Assembly: GCA_964509895.1 (NCBI GenBank)
Contig: CAZDZJ010000006.1
Coordinates: 2,523-66,522 of the forward strand
DNA from: an uncultured Gemmatimonadota bacterium
Lineage (GTDB): Bacteria; Gemmatimonadota; Gemmatimonadetes; Palauibacterales; Palauibacteraceae
DNA: 64,000 nucleotides
Direction of reading: 5' to 3'
This document shows, in pieces, positions 37,020 through 45,363 of the stretch. The notes beneath the pieces were generated by a model that saw nothing but the letters and a program-made list of their open reading frames with translations, made no database searches and had not been told where the DNA came from. Position 1 is the first letter of the stretch. Each line of letters starts with the position of its first letter. The translations under genes were made by a program, and so were the position numbers.

Positions 37020-37991
37020 ATGGACGGGCGCGCGGTGACCCTCCGGCTGGCGCTCGCCGGGGCGCTGGCCGGGGGCGCGCTCGCCTGCGCGCCGGGCCCG
37101 GATGCCGCACCCGAGTCGCGCGCCGCGACGGCCGGCTTCTGCTCGGACGTACCCCGCCCGCAGTATGCCGGCCTCGATCCCGTCGAGATCGAGGACGACT
37201 GGTTCGACGTGTACCGCGTCGCCCCCCGGGTCTATGCGATCTACGAGCCGCACCAGTTCCAGGAGGTCATCTCCTACCTCATCCTCGGCGATGAAGGCGC
37301 GCTCCTCTTCGACACCGGGATGGGGATCAGTTCCATCCGGGCGGTCGTTGCCGGGCTGACCGACCTCCCGGTCACCGTGCTGAACTCGCACACCCACATG
37401 GACCACGTCGGCGGCAACGCGGAATTCGAGCATGTCCTTGCCCTGGACACCGACTTCACCCGCGCGCGCGCCCTCGGCCGCGCGAACGCCGATGTGCGGG
37501 GCGAGGTGCACGAGAGCGCCCTCTGCCGGCCCCTCCCCGCGGGCGTCACCGAGGACGGGTACCACACCCCCGCCTTCGAGATCGACGCCTTCGTCGGCGA
37601 CGGGGACACGATCGACCTGGGGGGACGCACGCTGGAGATCATCGGCGTGCCCGGCCACACGCCGGACGCGATCGCCCTCCTGGACCGCGAGGCCGGGTTC
37701 CTGTGGACGGGGGACTCCTTCTACGAGGGGCCGATCTGGCTCTTCGCGCCCGAGACCGACCTGGAGGCGTACGGCGCCTCGATGGCCCGGCTCGCCGCAC
37801 TCGTCCCCGAGTTGACGACGCTGTTCACCGCGCACAACACGCCCGTTGCGGAGCCGTCCCGACTCCTGGAACTCACCGACGCGTTCGGCGCCATCCTCGA
37901 GGGCGTCGCGGTCGGCAACCGCGTTCGGGGCGGCGGCGTCGAGTTCGTGTTCGAAGGCTTCTCGATCCTGCTCCGTCAGGGCCAGCTTTGA
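37020..37991 (+). CDS. MBL-fold metallo-hydrolase (secreted/lipoprotein)
   Basis: LNSHTHMDHVGGN (HxHxDH), a later GHTPD, and the signal-like N-terminus ALAGALAGGALAC. Confidence 0.85.
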   Translation: MDGRAVTLRLALAGALAGGALACAPGPDAAPESRAATAGFCSDVPRPQYAGLDPVEIEDDWFDVYRVAPRVYAIYEPHQFQEVISYLILGDEGALLFDTGMGISSIRAVVAGLTDLPVTVLNSHTHMDHVGGNAEFEHVLALDTDFTRARALGRANADVRGEVHESALCRPLPAGVTEDGYHTPAFEIDAFVGDGDTIDLGGRTLEIIGVPGHTPDAIALLDREAGFLWTGDSFYEGPIWLFAPETDLEAYGASMARLAALVPELTTLFTAHNTPVAEPSRLLELTDAFGAILEGVAVGNRVRGGGVEFVFEGFSILLRQGQL

Positions 37992-38977
37992 CGGATCCGA
38001 TCCGCGCGTTCCTCGAGCGGGAGAGCTTCATGGTCGTCGACGGCGGCCTGGCCACGGAACTGGAGGCGCAGGGCTGCGACCTGAGCGACGAACTGTGGTC
38101 GGCGAGAGCGCTCCTCGACGACCCGGACGCCATCCGCACCGCGCACCGCCGCTATCTGGAGGCGGGGGCCGACTGCATCGCCACGGCGACCTACCAGGCG
38201 ACCTTCGAGGCCTTCGCGGCACGCGGGCTCGACCGGGCAGCGACGGCCCGCCTCATGCGCGGCTCCGTCGATCTCGCCCTGTCGGCCCGCGACGAATTCC
38301 TGGGCGGCGTGGCGGCCCGTCCGGCGGTGCGCCCGGAGCGCCCCGGCCCGGCCCGTTCGCCGCCCCTCGTCGCGGCGAGCATCGGACCATATGGAGCCTT
38401 CCTCGCCGACGGATCCGAATACACGGGCGACTACGGGCTCTCCGCGGCCGACCTCTACGATTTCCACGCGCCGCGCTGGGAGGTGCTCGCCGGCACCGAA
38501 GCCGATGTCCTCGCGTGCGAGACGACGCCCTCCGTGGAGGAGACCCGCGCCTACTGCCGGCTGGCCGCCGTCTCGCATCGTCCGACGTGGGTCAGCTTCC
38601 AGTGCCGCGACGGGGCACACCTGGCGGATGGCACCCCGCTCGAAACCGCCGTGGCCCTGTGCGACGCGGAACCGCACGTCGTCGCCGTGGGCGTGAACTG
38701 CACGGATCCGGACGTCACCGTGTCTCTGATCCAGGCTGCGCGGCGCGCGACCGGGAAGCCGATCCTCGTCTATCCGAACTCCGGCGAGACGTGGGACGCC
38801 GCAGCGAAGCGCTGGACCGGCCCGGCGAGTCCTCTGGATTGGGCCCGATGCTCGGTCGAGTGGCGCGCGGCGGGGGCCGACGGGGTCGGCGGATGCTGCC
38901 GGGTCGGGCCGCCCGCGATCGAGGCCATCCGCGCGGAGGCCACGTCGTGGCAGCCCACTGTCACTCCGGGGGGATGA
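37988..38977 (+). CDS. mmuM: Homocysteine S-methyltransferase
   Basis: Putative TTG at 37988 overlaps the MBL stop (TTGA). VVDGGLATELE, EAGADCI.TATYQA, ASIGPYGA.L.DGSEY.G, GVNC and the zinc-ligand end GGCC are HMT (Pfam S-methyl_trans) hallmarks. The start codon is inferred. Confidence 0.85.
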   Translation: MTDPIRAFLERESFMVVDGGLATELEAQGCDLSDELWSARALLDDPDAIRTAHRRYLEAGADCIATATYQATFEAFAARGLDRAATARLMRGSVDLALSARDEFLGGVAARPAVRPERPGPARSPPLVAASIGPYGAFLADGSEYTGDYGLSAADLYDFHAPRWEVLAGTEADVLACETTPSVEETRAYCRLAAVSHRPTWVSFQCRDGAHLADGTPLETAVALCDAEPHVVAVGVNCTDPDVTVSLIQAARRATGKPILVYPNSGETWDAAAKRWTGPASPLDWARCSVEWRAAGADGVGGCCRVGPPAIEAIRAEATSWQPTVTPGG

Positions 38978-39297
38978 GGGGCTCCATGCGCGCGATGCGT
39001 TGCGGGATTGCAGGCATCATGCTTGCCGTGCCGGCGGCGTCCGCCCCGCTGCACGCCCGGCAGGCGCCCACGGCACAGGCGCTGGAGATCGCGGCGCCGC
39101 CCCTCATCGATGGTCGGCTCGACGACGACGCGGCCCTGTACATCGGCGCGTGGCTCGATACGGCCGGCACCGGGTTGTATATCGTGTGGAACGACACGCG
39201 TCACGCGGGCTCGCTCGAACGCACGGGCATCATGGCGGGGCCGAAGCAGCGCCAACTCGTGGTCAAGTACAGCCGGCTGTTCAACCTGGCCGGGTAG
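38974..39297 (+). CDS. Small secreted protein, possibly a collapsed relic of a DUF5916/CBM9-like outer-membrane protein
   Basis: ATG at 38974 overlaps the mmuM stop (ATGA). A signal peptide is followed by PPLIDGRLDDD (the N-terminal motif of CBM9/DUF5916 proteins), and the ORF ends ..LYIVWND...QLVVKYSRLFNL, which resembles that family's C-terminal strands. It is only 107 aa. Confidence 0.4.
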   Translation: MRGSMRAMRCGIAGIMLAVPAASAPLHARQAPTAQALEIAAPPLIDGRLDDDAALYIGAWLDTAGTGLYIVWNDTRHAGSLERTGIMAGPKQRQLVVKYSRLFNLAG

Positions 39298-39336
39298 CCC
39301 GGCACGCGGGCGCCGGCGCAAGAGAGGCGAATCTTC

Positions 39337-40716
39337 ATGTGGCACGAGGACATCCTGGGCACGATCGGCGGTACGCCCCTGGTGCGGGTGAACCGCCTCG
39401 CCGCCCACCTCCCCGGCACCGTCCTCGCCAAGCTGGAGTATTTCAACCCCGGCGGCTCCGTGAAGGACCGGATCGGGATCTCGATGCTCGAGGACGCCGA
39501 AGCCCGGGGCGAAATCGCCCCGGGGGGCACGATCGTGGAGGGCACGAGCGGAAACACCGGCGTCGGGCTCGCGCTCGCCGCCATCGCGCGCGGCTACCGC
39601 TGCGTGTTCGCGACCACGGACAAGCAGAGTCCCGAGAAAATCGCGATCCTGCGGGCGCTCGGCGCCGAGGTCATCGTCTGTCCGACCGCGGTGGACCCCG
39701 AGGATCCGCGCTCCTACTACCAGGTCTCGCGCCGCCTGGCGACGGAGATCCCCAACTCCTTCTACATGAACCAGTACGACAACCCCGCCAACACCGGGGC
39801 CCACGTCCGGACCACCGGGCCCGAACTGTGGGAGGGAACGGAGGGCCGGATCACGCACCTGTTCGTCGGCTCGGGCACCGGCGGCACGATCTCGGGTTCC
39901 GCGGCCTACCTCAAGGAGCGGAATCCCGACATCCGGGTCATCGGCGTGGATCCGTACGGCTCCGTCTACTGGAAGTACTTCCATACGGGCGAGTTCGATG
40001 AGAACGAGATCTACCCCTACGTGACGGAGGGAGTGGGGGAGGACATCCTCGCCGGCAACATGGACTTCGACATCGTGGACGACTACGTGCGGGTCACGGA
40101 CCGGGAGTCGATGGTCATGACCCGCCGGCTCGCGCGCGAGGAGGGGATGTTCCTCGGCGGCTCGTGCGGGATGGCGATGGCGGGGACGCTCCAGTGGATG
40201 GAGGCGAACCGGGCCGACATCGATGACCACGCGGTCCTCGTAGTGATCATGCCGGACGGAGGCTACCGGGCGCTCGGCAAGGTCTACAACGACGTCTGGA
40301 TGCAGGAACACGGCTTCCTCGACGAGGCCGAGACGCTCACGGCGGGGGCGCTCGCCGCGCGCCGTTCAACCGGAAAGGCGCTCGTCTCCGCCCCGGCCGA
40401 CATGTCGCTGGACGACGCGATCGCGGCCATGCGGAAGCACGGCATCTCCCAGGTGCCGGTGATGGAGGCGGGGGAGGTCGTCGGCAGCCTCACCGAGCGC
40501 GCCATCCTCCGCTCCCTCATGGGCGACCCCGACGCACGCGCGCGCCTCGTGCGCGACCTCATGGGCCCGCCCTTCCCGGTGGTCGAAGCGTCGAGCCCCA
40601 TCCACAGCTTCGCGCGCCAGCTTCGCGGAGAGCAGCCGGCCGTGCTCGTGCGGGAAGCGGACGGCACGCTCGGCATCCTCACCCGCTCCGATCTCATCGC
40701 GGCGCTCGGCGCGTAG
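39337..40716 (+). CDS. Cystathionine beta-synthase (PLP cysteine-synthase fold plus C-terminal CBS pair)
   Basis: IGGTPLVR.NRL, KLEYFNPGGSVKDR (PLP lysine), GTSGNTGVGLA and the GSGTGGT loop. The C-terminal ~120 aa has a CBS-domain pattern (ISQVPVME.G..VGSLTE, GILTRSDLI). Confidence 0.9.
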   Translation: MWHEDILGTIGGTPLVRVNRLAAHLPGTVLAKLEYFNPGGSVKDRIGISMLEDAEARGEIAPGGTIVEGTSGNTGVGLALAAIARGYRCVFATTDKQSPEKIAILRALGAEVIVCPTAVDPEDPRSYYQVSRRLATEIPNSFYMNQYDNPANTGAHVRTTGPELWEGTEGRITHLFVGSGTGGTISGSAAYLKERNPDIRVIGVDPYGSVYWKYFHTGEFDENEIYPYVTEGVGEDILAGNMDFDIVDDYVRVTDRESMVMTRRLAREEGMFLGGSCGMAMAGTLQWMEANRADIDDHAVLVVIMPDGGYRALGKVYNDVWMQEHGFLDEAETLTAGALAARRSTGKALVSAPADMSLDDAIAAMRKHGISQVPVMEAGEVVGSLTERAILRSLMGDPDARARLVRDLMGPPFPVVEASSPIHSFARQLRGEQPAVLVREADGTLGILTRSDLIAALGA

Positions 40717-40737
40717 TGCCGTCCGACGGGCCCCGGA

Positions 40738-40757
40738 GACGTTCCCGCGGGAACGTC
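40738..40757. promoter_or_regulatory. Perfect 20-bp palindrome (terminator hairpin or protein-binding site)
   Basis: GACGTTCCCGCGGGAACGTC lies between the CBS gene stop and the vapB promoter region. No U-tract follows. Confidence 0.35.
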
Positions 40758-40762
40758 GTTGC

Positions 40763-40798
40763 TTGCAAAACGATGTCACTTATGTCAGAATGATGTCA
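40763..40798 (+). promoter_or_regulatory. Putative vapBC promoter with three ATGTCA direct repeats (candidate antitoxin operator)
   Basis: TTGCAA (40763-40768), a 17-nt spacer, then CAGAAT (40786-40791). ATGTCA occurs at 40773, 40782 and 40793, and the last copy overlaps the vapB ATG (40798). No Shine-Dalgarno sequence fits in between. Confidence 0.4.
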
Positions 40799-41034
40799 TG
40801 GGCGTGCAAATCACCATTCGAGACATCCCCGAGGACGTACGTGACCGACTGAAGGTTCGCGCAGCCTCCCGCGGCCAGTCGATGCAGCGGTATCTGCGCA
40901 GCGAGCTCACGCGGTTGGTGACGAAACCGACCGTTCATGAGTGGATCGAGAGCGTTCGCGCCCACAAGCGGCTGTCGAACCATCGCGTGACGACCGAGAG
41001 CATCCTGCGGGCGCGAGATGCCGATCGGAAGTGA
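40798..41034 (+). CDS. vapB: Type II antitoxin, VapB/FitA-like (ribbon-helix-helix)
   Basis: The N-terminus MGVQITIRDIPEDVRDRLKVRAASRGQSMQRYLR matches the FitA/Arc-type RHH pattern. At 78 aa, its stop overlaps the PIN gene start (GTGA). Confidence 0.8.
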   Translation: MGVQITIRDIPEDVRDRLKVRAASRGQSMQRYLRSELTRLVTKPTVHEWIESVRAHKRLSNHRVTTESILRARDADRK

Positions 41035-41447
41035 CGGTCGTCGTTGATGCCTCGGTCCTCGTGGCGGCAGTGGCCCACGTCGGGCCGGAAGGAACCTGGT
41101 CCGAAGGCGCCATAACCGAAGCGCACGACCAGGGATGTTCTCTGGCCGGTCCACAGATCGTCTTTGCCGAGGCGAGCAACGTCCTTCGCCGACTGGAGAT
41201 CGCCGAACGGCTGGAAAGTTCCGAGGCCAATCTCGCTCGTCACGACCTCCTTGCGCTTGAGATCGAACTGTTCCCGTTCCAACCCCTCGCCGACCGGGCG
41301 TGGGAACTGCGCCACAACGTCAGCATCTACGACGGATGGTACGTGGCGCTGGCGGAAACCCTCTCCTGTCCGCTGCTGACCCTCGACCGGCGGCTTGCGC
41401 GCGCCGCCGGCCCCACCTGTCGGGTCATCACGCCGGCGACCGCGTAG
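41031..41447 (+). CDS. vapC: Type II toxin VapC (PIN-domain ribonuclease)
   Basis: VVVDASVLVAA (first acidic residue), ..E..NVL.., YDGWYVALAE and LLTLDRRL are the classic four-acidic-residue PIN layout. Confidence 0.85.
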   Translation: MTVVVDASVLVAAVAHVGPEGTWSEGAITEAHDQGCSLAGPQIVFAEASNVLRRLEIAERLESSEANLARHDLLALEIELFPFQPLADRAWELRHNVSIYDGWYVALAETLSCPLLTLDRRLARAAGPTCRVITPATA

Positions 41448-41452
41448 GCGGC

Positions 41453-41923
41453 CTAGCTCTCGCCCGGGAGGGAGTAGAGGTGGGCAGTGACCAGTGCGGC
41501 GACGAGGAGCAGCAGGGCCACGATCCAGAGCTGTCCGGCGGCGAACACGGTCGAGACGAGGATCGCGCTCCACAGGAAGATCGTGGCGCCGCGCCGCACG
41601 CGGGTCGAGATCACGCCCCGCTCCCGGTAGGCGGCGAGGTAGCGGCCGAAGAGGCGGTTCTCGTACAGCCAGCGCTCCGCGCGAGGCGAGCTGCGCGCGA
41701 AACACCACGCCGCGAGCAGGAGGAAACAGGTCGTCGGCCAGAGCGGCACGACGATGCCGATGATGCCGGCGCTCACGCTGAGGCTTCCCACGCCCAGGAA
41801 GACGGCCCGTCGCACGGGGCCGGGCAGGGAGCGCGCGGCGCGCTCCGCCGCCTCGTGATCGACGGGGCAGCGCGCGGCGGCGGACCGCGGCGCGGGCTGG
41901 CTGTGGGGCGAGCTATGAGGCAT
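41453..41923 (-). CDS. ybaN: DUF454 (YbaN) family inner-membrane protein
   Basis: Internal ATG at 41923. GIIGIVVPLWPTTCFLLLAAWCFARSSPR...WL is the YbaN signature. The ORF-track extension to 42145 runs through the tRNA gene and is spurious. Confidence 0.8.
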   Translation of the reverse strand: MPHSSPHSQPAPRSAAARCPVDHEAAERAARSLPGPVRRAVFLGVGSLSVSAGIIGIVVPLWPTTCFLLLAAWCFARSSPRAERWLYENRLFGRYLAAYRERGVISTRVRRGATIFLWSAILVSTVFAAGQLWIVALLLLVAALVTAHLYSLPGES

Positions 41924-41972
41924 GCGTTCGGCGAACTCCGTCCGATCCGGGAATCTTCCGACCGGGGGATCA

Positions 41973-42046
41973 TGCGCCCGGGAGGACTCGAACCCCCAGC
42001 CTTCTGATCCGAAGTCAGACGCTCTGTCCAATTGAGCTACGGGCGC
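41973..42046 (-). tRNA. tRNA-Arg (anticodon TCG)
   Basis: The reverse complement GCGCCCGTAGCTCAATTGGACAGAGCGTCTGACTTCGGATCAGAAGGCTGGGGGTTCGAGTCCTCCCGGGCGCA folds as a 74-nt cloverleaf. It has a 7-bp acceptor stem, D-arm GCTC/GAGC, anticodon stem TCTGA/TCAGA with loop CT-TCG-GA, and T-arm GGGGG-TTCGAGT-CCTCC. CCA is not encoded. Confidence 0.95.
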
Positions 42047-42219
42047 GGGTTGGCGCGAGCGGAAAACGGTAGAACCGGCCCGCCCGCGATGCAACCGGGA
42101 CCCGGCCGTTCTCGTCGGACCCCCCGGGAGCCGACGCCTCGGCACTCCCGGTAGCTCGCGGATTTCCGAGACGCGACGCTAGATTCGGGGACGCCAAACA
42201 CCTCACCCGGAGCTGACCG

Positions 42220-42819
42220 ATGCGACGACTGCGAACCCTCTTCCTCCTCGGCGCGCTGGCCGCCGGCCCGCTGGCGCTCGCGACGCCGGCCCCCTCCCTC
42301 GCCCAGGGCCGCCCGAACGTGGCCATGGCGGAGAGCTGGCCCGAGGCCGATCCCGACGATGTGGAGTCGGTGGACAGCATTCTGACCGCCCTCTACGACG
42401 TGATCTCGGGCCCGGCCGGACAGGCGCGGGACTGGGACCGTTTCCGCTCCCTGTTCATCCCGCAGGCCCGCCTCATTCCCACGGGACGGTCCCCGGAGGG
42501 AGAACACGGCTACCAGGTGTGGAGCCCGGGGGAATACGCCGAACAGGCCGGCGGCTTCCTCGAGCAGAACGGCTTCTTCGAACGCGAGATCGCGCGCAGC
42601 GAGGAGCGCTTCGGCCCGGTGGTGCACGCCTTCTCCACCTACGACTCGAAGCGCAACGCGGACGACCCCGAGCCGTTCGCGCGCGGCATCAACTCGATCC
42701 AGCTCATGCACGACGGCGACCGCTGGTACGTCGTCACGATCTACTGGGCCGGGGAACGGCCGGATCTGCCGATCCCGGGCCAGTATCTGCCCTCCACGAA
42801 CGGAGGAGGTGCCCCGTGA
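42220..42819 (+). CDS. Secreted hypothetical protein (NTF2/SnoaL-like fold suspected)
   Basis: Signal peptide MRRLRTLFLLGALAAGPLALA..AQG. The pattern ILTALYDVISG....RDWDRFRSLF ... RWYVVTIYW resembles DUF4440/SnoaL-like proteins. The domain call is tentative. Confidence 0.55.
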   Translation: MRRLRTLFLLGALAAGPLALATPAPSLAQGRPNVAMAESWPEADPDDVESVDSILTALYDVISGPAGQARDWDRFRSLFIPQARLIPTGRSPEGEHGYQVWSPGEYAEQAGGFLEQNGFFEREIARSEERFGPVVHAFSTYDSKRNADDPEPFARGINSIQLMHDGDRWYVVTIYWAGERPDLPIPGQYLPSTNGGGAP

Positions 42820-45341
42820 AGTTCTCCCCGAAGCCTCGCCCCGCCGCCGCCTCGTGGATCGCCACGGCCGCGGTCGCGCTGGCGGCCGCACCGGCGCTCC
42901 AGGCGCAGGGTCTCGCCGGCTTCGAGCCGGTCCCCGCGCGCGACAACGCCTTCGCGCTCACGCTCGAATCCATCATGCGGGGCTCCGAGCACGTCGGGCA
43001 GGCGCCCGTCGGCGTGAGCTGGTCCGATGACGGCGAGTGGATCTACTTCCGCTGGCTCCCGGGTGGCGGCGAGTGGCACGATCCGCGCGCCCTCTACCGG
43101 GTGCGTTCGACCGGCGGCACGCCCGAGCGGGTCGCCGACGAGGAAGAACTGCGGCTCGGTCCCATCCTCGCGTCGGGAGACGTCTCGCCCGACGGCCGCT
43201 GGCGCGTGACGTCCTCCGAGGGGGACCTCTACCTCATCGAACGAAGCAGCGGCGCCACGCGCCGACTGACCCATACGGAGGACTTCGAGGCGGGTCCCGT
43301 CTTCTCCGGCGACGGCGCCTCCATATTCTTCCGCCGGGGGAACAATCTCTTCGCCTTCGACATCGACGACGGCGAGATCCGGCAGCTCACCGCCGTGGGC
43401 GGGCCGGAGGAGCCCGAAGACCCCGAGGCCGAAGGGCACAAGGCCTTCCTGGAGGAACAGCAGAGAGAGCTGTTCGAGCACATCCGCGTCCAGGGAATCC
43501 GCGAGGAGCGCGCCGAGGAACGCCGGGAGCTCCGCGAGGCGGGGCGGCGCGCGACGCTGCACCTCGCGCAGGGCGAACGGGCGCAGTCGTTCGACGCCGA
43601 CCCCACCGGCACGTGGGTCGCCGTCACCGCGGCCCGCGGCAGCTTCAACGATGGGGGCCGGCGCACCGACATCCCCCTCTGGGTCACGGAATCCGGCTAC
43701 ACCGAGAACACCGAGATGCGCCCCAAGGTCGGCGACGAACAGGGCGAATCCCGGCTCGCCGTGGTCCATGCCGAGGGGGGCGAAGCCACCTGGCTCGACC
43801 TCACCGACGACGGCTCGGCCCCGGACTCCGACGGCGAAGCCGGGGAGATGGCCGGCGAAGGCGACGCCGATGACGCGGCGGGCGATCCCCCGGAAGACGA
43901 CCGCCTCGCGGTGGCGAGCTTCGCGGGCTGGAACGATGCCGGCTCCCACGGACTCGTGTTCGCCGTGGACTACGACTACAAGACGTGGCGCCTCTATGCC
44001 TACGAGGCGGCGTCCGGCGAACTCACCCTCCTCGACTCGCATCACGACGAGGCGTGGGTGGGCGGCCCCTGCTTCGGCTTCCAGGGCGCGGGCTGCATCG
44101 GCTGGTTCCCGGCGGAGTCGGCCGGCTCGACGCCGCGTGCCTGGTACGTGAGCGAGGAGACGGGCTACTCGCACGTCTACGCGATCGACGCCGACGGCGG
44201 CGACAAGCAGGCGCTTACGGCCGGCGACTGGGAGGTGCTCGGCGCAACCATTCCGGACGGTTGGGACGCGTTCCTGCTGCAGACGAGCGAGCTGTCGCCC
44301 TTCGACCAGCACCCGTGGCGCATGGAGTTCGACGGGTCGGATCGCGTCCAGCTACTCGAAGGAGAGGGCTCGTTCACCGTCACGCCCTCGCCCGACGGGC
44401 GGCGCTTCGCCGTCCTCCATTCGCGCTCGAACCGTCCGCCCGAACTGTACGTCGCCGATGCCGCGCCCGGCGCGGAGATGACCCGGTTCACGACCTCGCC
44501 GACCGAGACGTGGCTCGGCTTCCCGTGGCTCCAGCCGGAGATCGTGCACTTCGAGGCTCGGGACGGCGTGCCGGTGCCCGCCCGCATCTACCGGCCCTCC
44601 GACTTCGGGGTCGAGCCGAACGGGGCCGGCGTCGTCTTCGTGCACGGCGCCGGATACCTGCACAACGTGCACAACTGGTGGTCGAACTACTACCGCGAAT
44701 ACATGTTCCACCACTTCCTGGCGGCCCAGGGCTACACCGTGCTCGACATCGACTACCGCGGCTCCGCCGGCTACGGGCGCGACTGGCGCACGGCGATCTA
44801 CCGGCACATGGGGGGCTGGGATCTCTCCGACCAGGTGGACGGCGCCGCGTACCTCGTCCGGGAGGAGGGGGTCGACCCCGGCCGCATGGGGATCTACGGC
44901 GGGTCGTACGGCGGGTTCATCACGCTCATGGCGCTCTTCACCGCGCCGGCTTCCTTCCAGGCCGGGGGCGCGCTCCGCGCCGTGACGGACTGGGCGCACT
45001 ACAACCACTGGTACACGAGCCGCATCCTCAACCTCCCGCACGAGGACGAGGAGGCGTACCGGCAGTCCTCGCCCATCTACTTCGCCGAGGGCCTCGAGGG
45101 GCACCTCCTCATCGCGCACGGGATGTACGACACGAACGTGCACTTCTCCGATGTCGTGCGCCTCGCGCAGCGCCTGATCGAACTCGGCAAGGAGAACTGG
45201 GAGATGGCGGTGTACCCGGTCGAGAACCACGGTTTCGTCGAACCCTCCTCGTGGACGGACGAATACCGGCGGATCTACGAGTTGTTCGAGCGCGTGATCG
45301 GGAGCGGACACGGCGCGTCGGTGAACGGGGGAGGCGGCTGA
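42816..45341 (+). CDS. S9 family serine peptidase (prolyl oligopeptidase/dipeptidyl-peptidase type), secreted
   Basis: GTG at 42816 overlaps the preceding stop (GTGA), followed by a signal peptide. The N-terminal beta-propeller region has SPDG repeats. The C-terminal alpha/beta hydrolase has GIYGGSYGGF (nucleophile Ser), D..V and ENHGF (His). Confidence 0.9.
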   Translation: MKFSPKPRPAAASWIATAAVALAAAPALQAQGLAGFEPVPARDNAFALTLESIMRGSEHVGQAPVGVSWSDDGEWIYFRWLPGGGEWHDPRALYRVRSTGGTPERVADEEELRLGPILASGDVSPDGRWRVTSSEGDLYLIERSSGATRRLTHTEDFEAGPVFSGDGASIFFRRGNNLFAFDIDDGEIRQLTAVGGPEEPEDPEAEGHKAFLEEQQRELFEHIRVQGIREERAEERRELREAGRRATLHLAQGERAQSFDADPTGTWVAVTAARGSFNDGGRRTDIPLWVTESGYTENTEMRPKVGDEQGESRLAVVHAEGGEATWLDLTDDGSAPDSDGEAGEMAGEGDADDAAGDPPEDDRLAVASFAGWNDAGSHGLVFAVDYDYKTWRLYAYEAASGELTLLDSHHDEAWVGGPCFGFQGAGCIGWFPAESAGSTPRAWYVSEETGYSHVYAIDADGGDKQALTAGDWEVLGATIPDGWDAFLLQTSELSPFDQHPWRMEFDGSDRVQLLEGEGSFTVTPSPDGRRFAVLHSRSNRPPELYVADAAPGAEMTRFTTSPTETWLGFPWLQPEIVHFEARDGVPVPARIYRPSDFGVEPNGAGVVFVHGAGYLHNVHNWWSNYYREYMFHHFLAAQGYTVLDIDYRGSAGYGRDWRTAIYRHMGGWDLSDQVDGAAYLVREEGVDPGRMGIYGGSYGGFITLMALFTAPASFQAGGALRAVTDWAHYNHWYTSRILNLPHEDEEAYRQSSPIYFAEGLEGHLLIAHGMYDTNVHFSDVVRLAQRLIELGKENWEMAVYPVENHGFVEPSSWTDEYRRIYELFERVIGSGHGASVNGGGG

Positions 45342-45363
45342 GCCCACGCTTCCGCAACCGCTG

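Noticed and set aside
41453-42145. A 230-aa ORF extending ybaN upstream.
   Set aside because: The extension translates the tRNA-Arg gene (the VAQLDRASDFGSEGWGFESSRAH-type peptide is a classic tRNA read-through artefact). The YbaN homology begins at the ATG at 41923.
40717-42219. Possible genomic island integrated at tRNA-Arg (vapBC and ybaN beside the tRNA 3' end).
   Set aside because: There is no integrase, recombinase or phage gene. I found no direct repeat of the tRNA 3' end in the flanking sequence by eye, and composition does not visibly differ from the surroundings.
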